Assembly: GCA_021826685.1 (NCBI GenBank)
Contig: JAKAYT010000004.1
Coordinates: 9,462-73,461, forward strand
Length of the DNA stretch: 64,000 nt
Direction of reading: 5' to 3'
Origin: Thermoplasmata archaeon
GTDB taxonomy: Archaea; Thermoplasmatota; Thermoplasmata; Lutacidiplasmatales; UBA184
Positions 1 through 10,056 of the stretch are shown in pieces. Every line of letters begins with the position of its first letter. Positions within the stretch are counted from its first letter, which is position 1. The translations under genes and the position numbers were made by a program. The notes under the pieces were generated by a model. It had not been told where the DNA came from. It saw nothing but the letters and a program-made list of their open reading frames with translations, and did not search any database.

Positions 1-1829
1 ACGTCGAGCTAGAGGGACCTCACGTGGTCCTCTACACGAAGCAGCTCGACGCGTTCTTGGACGGGGGAGACCTCCTTCGTCAGGTCGCGCAGCGACTCCA
101 CCGGCGCGTCCTCGTCCGCAGCGACCCGGAGTCCCTCATCGACCCGAAGGAGGCGGAGAAGCTCATCCGGGAGGTCATCCCTACGGAGGCCGAGATCAAC
201 CAGATCTTCTTCGAGCCCGAGACCGGCGAGGTCACGATCGAAGCCGCGAATCCCGGCGTTGCGATCGGTCGCAGCGGCTCGGTGCTGAACGACCTCAAGC
301 GCCGGATCGGCTGGGTCCCGACGGTCGTGCGCACTCCCCCGATCCCCTCGAAGACCGTCGAGGAGGTCCGCACCCACCTGCGCAACGTCTTCGACGAGCG
401 CCGGACGTTCCTGCGGAAAGTAGGGGTCCGGATCGCCCGCGAACGCCTACCCGAGAAGATCTGGGCGCGGTCGACCGCGCTGGGCGGATACCGGGAGGTC
501 GGCCGGAGCGCGAGCCTCCTCTCCACCCAGAATTCGAAGATCCTGATCGATTGCGGCCTCGATCCGGGCTCGGACCGGACCCCGTTCTTCAGCGCGCCCG
601 AGCTCCTGCCGCTCGATTCGCTGGACGCGGTCGTCGTGACCCACGCCCACCTCGACCATTGCGGGCTCGTACCGGTCCTGTTGAAGTACGGCTACAAGGG
701 TCCGATCTATTGCACCGCGCCGACGCGCGACCTGATGACGCTGATGCTGCTCGATGCGATCAAGGTCGTCAACGCCGAAGCCCGCAAGGGCCTCTACGAC
801 TCGTCGCACGTTCGCGAGCTGGTCGCCCGAACGATCCCGTTGCGCTGGGGGGAGACGACCGACATCGCGCCGGATGTACGTCTCACACTCCACAACGCGG
901 GCCACATCCTAGGTTCCTCGGTCTGCCACTTCCACCTCGGCGATGGGGACTACAACCTTGCCTACACGGGGGACATGAAGTTCGAGAGGACGTGGCTCTT
1001 CAACCCGACCGCGAACCGCTTCCCCCGTCTGGAGACGCTCATCATCGAGTCGACGTACGGAGGGTTCCGCGATTTCCAACCGAGCCGACAGCAGGCGACG
1101 GAAGCCCTCTGTGCGCTCGCGACGAAGGTCCTCGAGCGCGGCGGCAAGTTGATCGTGCCCGTCTTCGCCGTGGGACGCTCGCAAGAGGTCATGCTGGTGC
1201 TCGAGGACAAGATGCGCGCGGGCAAGATCCCGCGCGTCCCCGTGTACCTCGACGGCATGATCTTCGAGGCGACCGCCATCCACACCGCCTACCCGGAGTA
1301 CCTCAACAGCCAACTGCGCACGCAGATCTTCCAGCAGGGGGACAACCCGTTCCTCTCCGACATATTCCACCGCGTCGACTCCCAGCAGATGCGCATGAAC
1401 ATCCTCGACTCGAAGGAGCCGTGCATCGTGCTCGCCACGTCGGGCATGATGAGCGGCGGGCCGGTGATGGAGTATTTCCGCAACTGGTCCGCCGACGAGA
1501 AGAACGCGCTCGTGTTCGTGGGCTACCAGGCCGACGGCACGTTTGGGCGCCGGCTCCAGCGGGGGGTCAGCGAGACGACGTTCATGGACGGTCCTCGCCA
1601 GGTGCCGATCCCGGTCCGCTTCGAGATGACGACGATCGAGGGCTTCAGCGGGCACTCCGACCGCGCCCAGCTGATGAACTACATCGCGTCGGTCGATCCC
1701 CGGCCGCAGCGCGTCCTGGTGAACCACGGCGACGAGTCGAAAGCGCTCGATCTGGCTTCGAGCCTGCACAAGCGGTTCAACATGGAGACCCGGGTCCCGT
1801 ACAACCTCGAGGCCGTGCGGCTCCTGTAG
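1..1829 (+). CDS. aCPSF1-type beta-CASP / metallo-beta-lactamase ribonuclease with N-terminal KH domains; 5' end lies outside the window
   Basis: The frame of ORF 24..1829 stays open back to base 3, so the GTG at 24 is only the first in-window start. KH-like GEVTIEAANPGVAIGRSGSVLNDL, MBL motif VVVTHAHLDHCG, beta-CASP C-terminal part with GFSGHSD. Confidence 0.9.
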   Translation, partial: VELEGPHVVLYTKQLDAFLDGGDLLRQVAQRLHRRVLVRSDPESLIDPKEAEKLIREVIPTEAEINQIFFEPETGEVTIEAANPGVAIGRSGSVLNDLKRRIGWVPTVVRTPPIPSKTVEEVRTHLRNVFDERRTFLRKVGVRIARERLPEKIWARSTALGGYREVGRSASLLSTQNSKILIDCGLDPGSDRTPFFSAPELLPLDSLDAVVVTHAHLDHCGLVPVLLKYGYKGPIYCTAPTRDLMTLMLLDAIKVVNAEARKGLYDSSHVRELVARTIPLRWGETTDIAPDVRLTLHNAGHILGSSVCHFHLGDGDYNLAYTGDMKFERTWLFNPTANRFPRLETLIIESTYGGFRDFQPSRQQATEALCALATKVLERGGKLIVPVFAVGRSQEVMLVLEDKMRAGKIPRVPVYLDGMIFEATAIHTAYPEYLNSQLRTQIFQQGDNPFLSDIFHRVDSQQMRMNILDSKEPCIVLATSGMMSGGPVMEYFRNWSADEKNALVFVGYQADGTFGRRLQRGVSETTFMDGPRQVPIPVRFEMTTIEGFSGHSDRAQLMNYIASVDPRPQRVLVNHGDESKALDLASSLHKRFNMETRVPYNLEAVRLL

Positions 1830-1841
1830 ACGGCGGCCGGT

Positions 1842-2807
1842 TCACTCCCACTCGATCGTCGCGGGGGGCTTGTCGCTCAGGTCGTAGAGGACCCGGACGA
1901 CCTCGCCGGCCAGCTCGCGGGTGATCCGCTCCGCGATCCGGGCGCCCACGGCGTGCGGGAGCGCGACGGAGCGCGCGGTCATCGCATCGATCGAGTCGAC
2001 GATCCGCACGCTCACGGCCTCGCCATGGAAGCGATTGTCGCCGAGGACGCCGACGGTCCGCACGGGCAGGAGCACGGCGAAGTACTGCCAGGGCCGCGCC
2101 AGTTCGTTCGAGCGGATTGCGCGCTCGACCTCCTCCTCGACGATCCGGTTCGCGACCCGGGCCCGGCGCAGCCGTTCCGCGGTCACTTCGCCCACGACGC
2201 GGACCGCGAGGCCCGGTCCCGGGAAAGGCTGGCGAAGCGGATCGGGGATCTTCAGCTCTTGGGCCACCGCTCGCACCTCGTCTTTGTAGAGGTCGCGCAG
2301 CGGCTCGACCAAGCGCAGCGTCGAGTCCTTCGGGATCCCACCGACGTTGTGGTGGGTCTTGATCGTGTCCCGCTTCGCCGAGCCGTCGCTGCCCGACCCG
2401 CCGCTCTCGATCCAGTCCGGGGCGATCGTTCCCTGGATGAGCCGGTCGGTGCGAATCCGCGCCGCTTCGTGCTCGAACAGACGGATGAACGTGTGGCCGA
2501 TCCGCACGCGCTTGTCTTCGGGATCCGTTACCCCTTCGAGGGCGCTGAGGAACTGGTCTTCCGCCGGGACGACCTGGACATGGGTTCCGCTCTCGCGGAA
2601 GTAGGCGCGCACCCGGTCGACCTCCCCATCACGCAGCAGTCCCGTGTCGACGAAGAGACAGCGAGCGCGGTCCCCGAGCGCGAGCTCGGCGAGGCGCGCG
2701 GCCACGGTCGAATCGATCCCCCCCGACGCCGCCACGATGGCGCGTTCCGGGACGTCCGCGCGCAACCGTTCGATCGCGTGCCGAACGAACTCGGCGGGAT
2801 CGTTCAC
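1842..2807 (-). CDS. guaA: GMP synthase, ATP-pyrophosphatase subunit (subunit B)
   Basis: PP-loop VAASGGIDSTV, conserved HHNVGG and C-terminal KPPATIEWE. GTG at 2807 overlaps the purE stop (GTGA). The first 162 codons of the 483-aa track ORF are Arg-rich and overlap purE out of frame. Confidence 0.9.
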   Translation of the reverse strand: MNDPAEFVRHAIERLRADVPERAIVAASGGIDSTVAARLAELALGDRARCLFVDTGLLRDGEVDRVRAYFRESGTHVQVVPAEDQFLSALEGVTDPEDKRVRIGHTFIRLFEHEAARIRTDRLIQGTIAPDWIESGGSGSDGSAKRDTIKTHHNVGGIPKDSTLRLVEPLRDLYKDEVRAVAQELKIPDPLRQPFPGPGLAVRVVGEVTAERLRRARVANRIVEEEVERAIRSNELARPWQYFAVLLPVRTVGVLGDNRFHGEAVSVRIVDSIDAMTARSVALPHAVGARIAERITRELAGEVVRVLYDLSDKPPATIEWE

Positions 2808-3265
2808 GCGCCGCTCCGGGCCGGCGGGGGGGCTTCCTCGCGCCACTTCGCGCGGTATCGGTCGAGGGAGGCGCGGAGCTCGGGGTACTTCAGCGCGAGG
2901 ATCTCGGTCGCGAGGAGCGCGGCGTTCTCCGCCGCATCCAGTCCGACCGCGGCCACGGGAACGCCCGGTGGCATCTGGACGACGCTCAGGAGGCTGTCGA
3001 GGCCTAGCCCGCGGTGCAGCGGAACGCCGATCACGGGCCGGACGGTGCGCGCGGCGATCGCGCCCGGCAAGGCCGCGGAGAGGCCGGCCATCGCGATGAA
3101 CACGTCCGTGCTCGGATCCTGGGCCATCCGATCGACCTTCTCGGGCGTGCGGTGGGCGCTCGCCACCGCGACCTCGCACGGGACGCCCAGGTCGGTAAGC
3201 CGGGTGCGGACTTTTTCGGCGATCTCGAGGTCGGACTTGCTCCCCACCACGACGGCGACCTTCAT
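2804..3265 (-). CDS. purE: N5-carboxyaminoimidazole ribonucleotide mutase
   Basis: MKVAVVVGSKSD...ASAHRTP...AGLSAALPG motifs typical of PurE. 153 aa. Confidence 0.9.
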   Translation of the reverse strand: MKVAVVVGSKSDLEIAEKVRTRLTDLGVPCEVAVASAHRTPEKVDRMAQDPSTDVFIAMAGLSAALPGAIAARTVRPVIGVPLHRGLGLDSLLSVVQMPPGVPVAAVGLDAAENAALLATEILALKYPELRASLDRYRAKWREEAPPPARSGA

Positions 3266-3319
3266 GGCGAGGTTCAGAAGCCGTCACGCACATAGCCGTC
3301 GCGGCCGGAGGGCGGAGTA

Positions 3320-3994
3320 ATGGCCCCCGGGCCTTCGGGGGAAGGTCCGATGCAGTTGCACCGCCAAGGTCGCTTCCGTAGCTGGCTCGGGAGCCGGTTC
3401 GGCGGAGATGCCGCTCTGGGGGGGCGACTCGGCCGGAGGTTCCTGCACGCGGGAGGCGCCCTGACCCTGATCTATTACGCGTTCCCGCCCCATCTACTGA
3501 TCGTCATCCCGAACTGGGCGATTCCGATCGCCGCCCTGGTCGCCCTCCTCGTCGTGGATGGGCTTCGCCTCGCCGGGCGGCTCGAGGTGCCCGAGATCCG
3601 GCCCCACGAGCGGGTGCGCCTCGCGAGCTACTCCTACTTCGGGATGGCGATCGTGGTCGCTCTGGTCCTCTTCCCGGAACCGATCGCCGTTGCGGTGATC
3701 CTCGGGACCGCGATCGTCGATCCGATCATCGGGGAGTCCCGCGGAACGGCCGCGGGCGCCGCCTTCTACCCCGCGCTTCCGTTCGTCGTCTACTTCGCAC
3801 TCGCTGCCGTTTCCTTGGCCTGGGTGGGCCATGCATCCCTGCTCACCGCATCCCTGTTCGCGGCGGCGGCGGGGGTCGTGGCGATCGCGTCCGAGCGCCC
3901 CCAATGGACCTACCTGGACGACGACCTCATGATGACGGTGATACCGGGCCTCGTGCTGCTCGGGCTTGGGCTGGCGTTCCCCGGATCGATCTAG
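3320..3994 (+). CDS. polytopic membrane protein, possibly polyprenol/dolichol-kinase-like (function tentative)
   Basis: About 6 hydrophobic helices and high GC3. The C-terminal YLDDDLMMTVIPG segment is reminiscent of the CTP-dependent polyprenol kinase / cytidylyltransferase superfamily. Alternative ATG at 3350. Confidence 0.6.
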   Translation: MAPGPSGEGPMQLHRQGRFRSWLGSRFGGDAALGGRLGRRFLHAGGALTLIYYAFPPHLLIVIPNWAIPIAALVALLVVDGLRLAGRLEVPEIRPHERVRLASYSYFGMAIVVALVLFPEPIAVAVILGTAIVDPIIGESRGTAAGAAFYPALPFVVYFALAAVSLAWVGHASLLTASLFAAAAGVVAIASERPQWTYLDDDLMMTVIPGLVLLGLGLAFPGSI

Positions 3995-6606
3995 TGGGAC
4001 CCTCGGCTCCCGGGTCCGGTCGGTTCCGCCTCCGAGGTCGGGGATCCGGCGAGGCGGCGCGCCTCGGCCCGGGCGTCCTCGAGCGCGGTGGCCAGCGGAG
4101 CGCCCGGCTCGCCCACCGCGGTGGCGGCCGACGCGCTACCCCCTCCCTTTCCCTGGAAGCGAGCCTTCGCGCGGTCGACCAACGCGTTCGCGGGGACGCG
4201 GGCAGCGGTGGAGCCGACGAACAGGGTTCCGCGCCCCTCCCGCTCGGCCGCGAGCAGGACCACCCGGTTCGGCTCGCGGGACAGCAGGCGGGAGAGCTCG
4301 GCCAGCTCGGTGCGATCGAGATCCACGCGCGCGCGCACGATCGTGACCCCTCCGACGGAGTCGAGGTTCTGGGCATCGGAGGCGAGGCGGCTCGCAACGG
4401 CCCCGAGGTCCTCCTTGCGCCGATCGCGTTGCGCGCGCCGAGCGCTCTCCATCTCTTCGTAGAGCCGATCCACTCCCTCCGGGGCCTTCTCGGGCGGGAC
4501 GCCCAACCGCCGCGCTACCTCGCGCAAGGCCCGGTCGCGCTGCTCCCGGATCTCGAGGGCGCGTTCGCCGCTCGCGTAGGTGAGACGGATGACCCCATCC
4601 TGGATGCGCTCGACATCGAGGATGTCGATCGCGCCGACCTCGCTCGTATGCGTGCAGTGCGTGCCTCCACACGCCTCTACGTCGACGTCGTCGATCTCGA
4701 CGATCCGCAGGTCCTTCCCCGGGACCGCGCCGCCCTGGTACAGGGAGAACCCGAACCTTCGCTCGGCTTCGCTTCGGGGCTCGAAGTAGCTTCGGACCGG
4801 GTGGTTCTCCCGCACGACCTGGTTGATGCGCCGAGCTACCGACCGGAGTTCTCCGTCGGACAGGGGCCGGTAGTGGGTGACGTCGATCCGTGCGAACTCG
4901 GGTCCCTTGTAGGCCCCGGCTTGCCAGACATGCGGGCCGAGGAGCCGACGGAGGGTGCCGTTGATGATGTGGGTTGCGGTGTGGTGCTGCATCAGTTGCG
5001 TCCGTCGGGCCGCGTCGATCCGGCCGTGGACGCGATCGCCGGCGCGGAACGGGCTCGGGCGGTCGAGCCGGTGGTAGATCCAGGGACCCTGGCGCTGGAC
5101 GTCGACCACCGGTACGTCTCCGAGGTGACCGGTGTCGTGGACTTGCCCGCCGCTGGTCGGATAGAAGTAGGTCCGGTCGAGGACGACCCACGGTCCCTCG
5201 GACCCGACGACATGCCCCTCGAACGAGACCGTGTAGGGGTCCATGTAGTAACCCACGTCCGTGGCCGGGGCCTGGACCGGAAGCTCCGGCAGCGCGTCGC
5301 GCCTCTCCGCATAGTCGTTCGTCGGGGTCTCGTTGACGTGTCGGTCCGCGACCCGAGAGTAGAAATCCTCCGGTACGGGAGGGGGATGCGCCAATATTCC
5401 CGCGGCCACATCGGGAGGGACGCCGAGGGAGTCGTACCACTCGATCAGCTCCTCCGTGCCCGGCGTTCGACCCTCGGAGCGGAGCCGCTCCTCCTGCCGG
5501 CGCAGGACGGGGCGGGCCCGGTCGATCGCTTCGTCGAACCGCTCGATCTCGGCCTGGAGCACGCGGTCGCGGTCCTCGCGGTTCTGTCCGACCTCGGGAA
5601 AGTGGCCGACCAGGTCCCGACTGACCCGCTCGATCACCCCGATCAGGTCGAGGGGCTCGCTCGAGCGGGCGAGGAGACGGATCGCGCGTCGGATCAACAG
5701 GCGCGCGAAATAGCCTTCCTTCGCGTTCGACGGAACGACGCCGTCGGTGAGCATGAGGCTGAGTGCTCGGGCGTGATCGATCACCACCGCCGACTCGTAG
5801 GGAGGCAGGCTTCGGCGCAGTTCGTCGTAGGTCGACCCGAAGACCGCTTCGTAGGCGTTCTTCGTTCCTTGGCTGATCCATGTGTACCGCTCGAGGCCGT
5901 ACCCGGTATCGACGACGGTCAACGGCATCGGTCTGAGGCGTTCGCCGTCGCGGGTGTACTCCATGAACACGAGGGTCGCCACTTCGAGGCCCTGGAGCCC
6001 GACGCTCAGTGAGGGGCCTAGGTTTCCCCCGCCCTCCCACTCCTCCTCCTTGTAGGTGATGAGGGCGGGATCGACCCCGAACTCCCCGGTCAGGAGCTCA
6101 TGGCAGAGCTCGGTGCAGCGATCCTTGAAGTAGACCTCGTGGTCGGGCCGGTTGAACGCGTGGTGCGCCATCATCTCGAACATCGTGAAGTGGCGGCCGC
6201 TGCGCCCCACCTCTTCGAGATCGATGAATCGCAGGCACGGCTGGGAGATCGTGAGCGGGTTCGCCGGCGGGGGGATCGCTCCGCTCGTGACCCATGGCTG
6301 GAAGTCGTAGATGCTCGCTTGCGTGAAGAACACGTCGTTGCGCCAGCGGGCGACCGTCGGATAGCGCGAGAGTCGCGTGTGGCCCCGTCGCTCGAAGAAG
6401 GAGAGGAACGCCTCTCGCATCTCGTCCAGTTGGTACGTTCGGCGAAACGGCGAATGGCCGACGAAGCCGTACGGGGCGCACGGGGCCTCCTGGCAGACGG
6501 TGTGCTCGCCGAGGGTCCAGAAGGCGCGCCCGCACTTCGCGCAGGCGCGACGGTGCATTCCCTCACGATGGAAGAAGGCGAGGTCGTACTCGCTCGCGTC
6601 CATCAT
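3991..6606 (-). CDS. alaS: alanine--tRNA ligase (archaeal type)
   Basis: 871 aa. N-terminal CAKCGRAFWT zinc motif, class II core, editing-domain HHTATHI, C-terminal DHHA1-like part. Confidence 0.95.
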   Translation of the reverse strand: MMDASEYDLAFFHREGMHRRACAKCGRAFWTLGEHTVCQEAPCAPYGFVGHSPFRRTYQLDEMREAFLSFFERRGHTRLSRYPTVARWRNDVFFTQASIYDFQPWVTSGAIPPPANPLTISQPCLRFIDLEEVGRSGRHFTMFEMMAHHAFNRPDHEVYFKDRCTELCHELLTGEFGVDPALITYKEEEWEGGGNLGPSLSVGLQGLEVATLVFMEYTRDGERLRPMPLTVVDTGYGLERYTWISQGTKNAYEAVFGSTYDELRRSLPPYESAVVIDHARALSLMLTDGVVPSNAKEGYFARLLIRRAIRLLARSSEPLDLIGVIERVSRDLVGHFPEVGQNREDRDRVLQAEIERFDEAIDRARPVLRRQEERLRSEGRTPGTEELIEWYDSLGVPPDVAAGILAHPPPVPEDFYSRVADRHVNETPTNDYAERRDALPELPVQAPATDVGYYMDPYTVSFEGHVVGSEGPWVVLDRTYFYPTSGGQVHDTGHLGDVPVVDVQRQGPWIYHRLDRPSPFRAGDRVHGRIDAARRTQLMQHHTATHIINGTLRRLLGPHVWQAGAYKGPEFARIDVTHYRPLSDGELRSVARRINQVVRENHPVRSYFEPRSEAERRFGFSLYQGGAVPGKDLRIVEIDDVDVEACGGTHCTHTSEVGAIDILDVERIQDGVIRLTYASGERALEIREQRDRALREVARRLGVPPEKAPEGVDRLYEEMESARRAQRDRRKEDLGAVASRLASDAQNLDSVGGVTIVRARVDLDRTELAELSRLLSREPNRVVLLAAEREGRGTLFVGSTAARVPANALVDRAKARFQGKGGGSASAATAVGEPGAPLATALEDARAEARRLAGSPTSEAEPTGPGSRGSH

Positions 6607-6701
6607 GACGTTCGGCGGACGGCGCCGGGCCCTTAAGGCGTTCGGAGGGAGCCGGCCCGTGTCGCTGGGCTGATGAGGGGCAAGGTCCCTTGCGCGGGCG
6701 C

Positions 6702-7994
6702 ATGAGTGGCGAGGTCGTCTCCCTCGCGGAGGGTCCCGCCACGCTCCCCGCGACCGGTCTTTCGGCCGCCTCCACCCGCCGCGCGACCACGATCATGATC
6801 GCGGTCCGGGCGGGATATGCGTACAACTGGTACACCGTAGGGCCGGCCCTCCCCGCCATCGGCGCCCAGTTCTCGGTGGGGCCGGCCGAGTGGGGCCTGC
6901 TCCTCGCCATCTTTCTCGTGGCCGCCGGGCTGCTGCAGGTGCCCGCCGGAGTGCTTTCGCAGCGATTCGGCTCGCGGCCGGTCGCTCTGGCCGGGGCCGC
7001 GTTGCTGGGAGTGGCAAGCATCGCCTCGGGCTTCGCGCCGACGTTCGCATCCCTCGTCGCGCTACGAGGGTTGGCCGGCGTGGGCGCGGCCCTGTTCTTT
7101 TCCCCGGCCATCGGGCTCGTGGGGAGCCTGTACCCGGAAGGAAAGCGCGGGCTGCCCGTCGGAATGTTCAGCTCGGCGTTCAGCGGAGGCGCGGCGGCGG
7201 GCGTGCTCTTGAGCGCGATCGCGGTCGGCCCGCTCGGCTGGCATTGGACCCTCGCGCTCGGCGGGGTCGGTCTCCTCATCCTCACGTTCGGGGCGGTACT
7301 CCTGATCCCCCGCGGCGTCGGGGCGGCGCCCCCGGCACCGGTCGCCCGGCCGAGGCTGCCGGCGGCCCTGCGACTCCCCGCCCTCTGGGCGATCGGCTTC
7401 GCGTTCATCGGCCTCGAGGGCGCAACCTTCGCCACGGGGCAGTTCCTGGTCCCGTATGGGACCGTCGAACTCGGATGGAGCGCCGCGGTCGCGGGAGGAG
7501 TCGGCATGGCCTTCGTCCTCCCGAGCATCGTCGGGGGCCCAGTCGGCGGCTACGTCACAGAACGAAGGGCCGACCGTCGGACGCAGTTCATCGTGGCCGG
7601 CGGCATCGCGACGGTCACGGTGGCTCTGATCCCGTGGGTCGGGCTCGTCCCGATCGTTTTCCTGGGGATCGCATTCTCGTTCGCCTACGGGGCAACCTAC
7701 GCGATCATGTACGTGCTGCCGAACTACCTACCCGGTCTCCCGGCCGGGGAGATCCCGATCGGGATCGGCCTGTTCAACTCCATCCAACTCGCCGGGGGAG
7801 CGATCGTCGCGTGGGCGTTCGGCCTCTGGGTCGCGTCCGTTGGCTACGCGTTCGCCTGGCCCCTGCTCGCGGTCGCGGTAGCGGTACCGCTCGCCCTCCT
7901 GATCTACGTCCCGCGGACGGGCGGCGGCCGACCCGCGGGCGCGCGTCGGCCGGGCGGGGCGGACGACGCCCCGCGGCCCGAGCCCGTCCCGTAG
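6702..7994 (+). CDS. MFS transporter
   Basis: About 12 predicted TM helices and an MFS loop signature around GVLSQRFGSRP. The track start at 6690 is TTG; the first in-frame ATG is at 6702. Confidence 0.85.
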   Translation: MSGEVVSLAEGPATLPATGLSAASTRRATTIMIAVRAGYAYNWYTVGPALPAIGAQFSVGPAEWGLLLAIFLVAAGLLQVPAGVLSQRFGSRPVALAGAALLGVASIASGFAPTFASLVALRGLAGVGAALFFSPAIGLVGSLYPEGKRGLPVGMFSSAFSGGAAAGVLLSAIAVGPLGWHWTLALGGVGLLILTFGAVLLIPRGVGAAPPAPVARPRLPAALRLPALWAIGFAFIGLEGATFATGQFLVPYGTVELGWSAAVAGGVGMAFVLPSIVGGPVGGYVTERRADRRTQFIVAGGIATVTVALIPWVGLVPIVFLGIAFSFAYGATYAIMYVLPNYLPGLPAGEIPIGIGLFNSIQLAGGAIVAWAFGLWVASVGYAFAWPLLAVAVAVPLALLIYVPRTGGGRPAGARRPGGADDAPRPEPVP

Positions 7995-8628
7995 CGCACC
8001 AGACCGCGATCGGGCATCGTTCGCACTGGGGTCCGATCGGCCGGCATAGGTTCTGCCCATGCTGGACCAGGAGCGGGTTGAGCGGGATCCAGTAGCGTCG
8101 GGGGACGGAGCGACGGAGCGCCTCTTCCGTCTGTTCCGGGGTGCGGGTGCGCACGAGCCCGAGCCGGTTCGCAATACGGTGGACGTGGGTGTCGACCGGG
8201 ATCGCCGGGATCCCGTAGCCGAAGACCAGGACGCAGTTCGCCGTCTTCGGCCCTACCCCCGGGAGGCTCGTGAGCTCGGCAAAGGTACGGGGGACGTCTC
8301 CATGAAAGCGCTCGAGAATCGCTCGAGCGCTCCGCGGCAGGACACGGGCCTTCGAGCGGTAGAACCCGGTCGACCGGATCAAGGGCTCGAGGTCGGACGG
8401 ACTCGCGCGCGCGAGGAGCTCCGGGTTCGGGTAGCGCGCGAATAGCCGGGCGCTGGCGACGTCGGTCGCCTCGTCCCGCGTCCGCTGCGATAGGATCGTG
8501 CCGATGAGCACCTGGAACGGGTCCTCGGCATGGTTCCGCAGGTACGGGACTCGCCAGTTCCCGGTCCCGTAGAACTCGCTGAGTTTGTCGAGCACCCGGG
8601 GCCAAGGGAACCCCGGCCGGCGCCTCAT
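7774..8628 (-). CDS. nth: endonuclease III (DNA glycosylase/AP lyase) with a 73-aa Arg-rich C-terminal read-through tail
   Basis: HhH-GPD motif LPGVGPKTANCV, catalytic VDTHV, 4Fe-4S motif CRPIGPQCERCPIAVWC. There is no in-frame stop until 7774. Confidence 0.9.
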   Translation of the reverse strand: MRRRPGFPWPRVLDKLSEFYGTGNWRVPYLRNHAEDPFQVLIGTILSQRTRDEATDVASARLFARYPNPELLARASPSDLEPLIRSTGFYRSKARVLPRSARAILERFHGDVPRTFAELTSLPGVGPKTANCVLVFGYGIPAIPVDTHVHRIANRLGLVRTRTPEQTEEALRRSVPRRYWIPLNPLLVQHGQNLCRPIGPQCERCPIAVWCATGRARAAGRRPPRPADARPRVGRRPSAGRRSGGRAVPLPRPRAGARRTRSQRTRPRGRTPTRRSLPRRVGWS

Positions 8629-10043
8629 CCCGCGGCTCCCGGAAGGCTCATCCGACCGGGGTCGGAGAGGTCGGGTTCCTCGATCGACACGCCCGCAGTC
8701 CCTCGCTTCAGCTCCCCGATGAGGTAATCGCTCCCGAGGGCGAGCAGGAGCCCGCCGTCGCCGGTCGCGGCCCGCGCCAGGCGGTAGCCCTCGAGCGCGG
8801 ACGGTGCGACGACCACTCTCGGAAATCGCCCCGTCGCGACCACCCTAAGCTCCGACGGGGCGAGGCCCCGCTCAGAACGCACGGGGACCAGAACGATCGT
8901 GCGGGCGAGCGGCCGCAGCGCCTCCAGGATCTCGGCGGCCGGCTTGTCCCTCAGGCAGCCGAAGACGATCGCGCTCTCCGCCGGTTCCGCGAACGGAAGC
9001 ACCTCGGCCAGGCTCCGCGCGACCGCGCGGGCGCTTTCGGGGGTGTGAGCGACGTCGAAGTACGTCGGGGGGTCGCGCGCGACCCGCTCCATGCGACCGG
9101 GGATCTCGAGGCGGGCGAGTGCCGAGCGGGAGCGCGTGACGCTCCAATGCGGCCCCTCCGAACCCATCTCGAGGAACCGGTGCGTTGCGGCGAGAGCGAG
9201 CGCGGCATTCGTCGCCTGGAAGTCTCCCTCGAGCCGAAGCCGCACCGGGAACCGTTCTCGGCCGGGCCAGGAGATCGCGAACTCCTGGTAGGCCCGGGTC
9301 CAGTGCCGGTCGCGGACCGCGATCTCCTCACCGAGGTGCCAGAGCGGTACTCCCAGCGATCCGGCGGCGGCATCGAGGACGGCACGACCTTCGTCGGGCA
9401 GCTGGCCGACGATCCCGTGCATCCCCGCGTGGAAGATCCCGGACTTCTCGCCCGCGATCGCCGCGAGGGTGGGGCCGAGGATCTGCACGTGCTCGAGCTC
9501 GAGCGTGGTGACGACCCCGATACGCGACGCGAGCAGGTTCGTCGCGTCCCAGCGACCCCCGATCCCCACCTCGACGACGAGCGCGTCGACGTTCTCGCGC
9601 CGGAACCAATCGAAGGCGAGGGCGGTCGTGACCTCGAAGAACGTAGGAGGCCGGTCGATCGCGCCGGTCCGCTCGAGCCGGCCCGCGACCTCTTCGATGC
9701 GATGGATTCCGTTCACCACCTCTTCCGGTGGGATCGGCGCGCCGTTCACCCGGATGCGCTCCCGGTAGCTGACAAGGTGGGGCGACGTGAACAGCCCGGT
9801 CCTCCGGCCATGCGCACGAAGGATCGCCTCCGACATCGCGGCGACCGATCCCTTTCCCTTGCTGCCGGTGATGTGGATGGACGGGGCGCGACGCTGCGGA
9901 TCGCCGAGCTCAAAGAGAAGGCGACGGGCCACCTCGAGCGTCGGCTTCATCCCAAAGCGGCGCCGGTGGAACAGGTCCTCCAGCACCCGGCGATACTCTG
10001 CGTTCGATCCGCCCTCGCTCGGGGCCGAGCGGGGGCGACCCAT
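8625..10043 (-). CDS. folylpolyglutamate synthase / dihydrofolate synthase-like Mur-ligase family protein
   Basis: P-loop ITGSKGKGS, FTSPHL, Mur-ligase middle and C-terminal domains. The ATG at 10043 avoids overlap with the upstream mutase gene (track start 10094). The stop overlaps the nth start (ATGA). Confidence 0.85.
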   Translation of the reverse strand: MGRPRSAPSEGGSNAEYRRVLEDLFHRRRFGMKPTLEVARRLLFELGDPQRRAPSIHITGSKGKGSVAAMSEAILRAHGRRTGLFTSPHLVSYRERIRVNGAPIPPEEVVNGIHRIEEVAGRLERTGAIDRPPTFFEVTTALAFDWFRRENVDALVVEVGIGGRWDATNLLASRIGVVTTLELEHVQILGPTLAAIAGEKSGIFHAGMHGIVGQLPDEGRAVLDAAAGSLGVPLWHLGEEIAVRDRHWTRAYQEFAISWPGRERFPVRLRLEGDFQATNAALALAATHRFLEMGSEGPHWSVTRSRSALARLEIPGRMERVARDPPTYFDVAHTPESARAVARSLAEVLPFAEPAESAIVFGCLRDKPAAEILEALRPLARTIVLVPVRSERGLAPSELRVVATGRFPRVVVAPSALEGYRLARAATGDGGLLLALGSDYLIGELKRGTAGVSIEEPDLSDPGRMSLPGAAG

Positions 10044-10056
10044 CCCTCGCCGACTC

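Noticed and set aside
1842-3293. The 483-aa track ORF treated as one gene
   Set aside because: Only the last 321 codons (from the GTG at 2807) look like GMP synthase subunit B. The first 162 codons are Arg-rich and overlap purE in another frame.
3904-6040. Long ORFs 3904..6012 (+, 702 aa) and 4136..6040 (-, 634 aa) inside the alaS region
   Set aside because: The translations are Arg/Gly/Pro/Asp-rich with no recognisable motifs. They lie antisense or out of frame to a complete, motif-rich alaS. This is typical stop-codon-poor shadow ORF behaviour in high-GC DNA.
6669-6676. A C-box-like CTGATGA in the alaS/MFS spacer as a C/D box sRNA
   Set aside because: No D or D' box (CTGA) and no terminal stem lies at a suitable distance on either strand.
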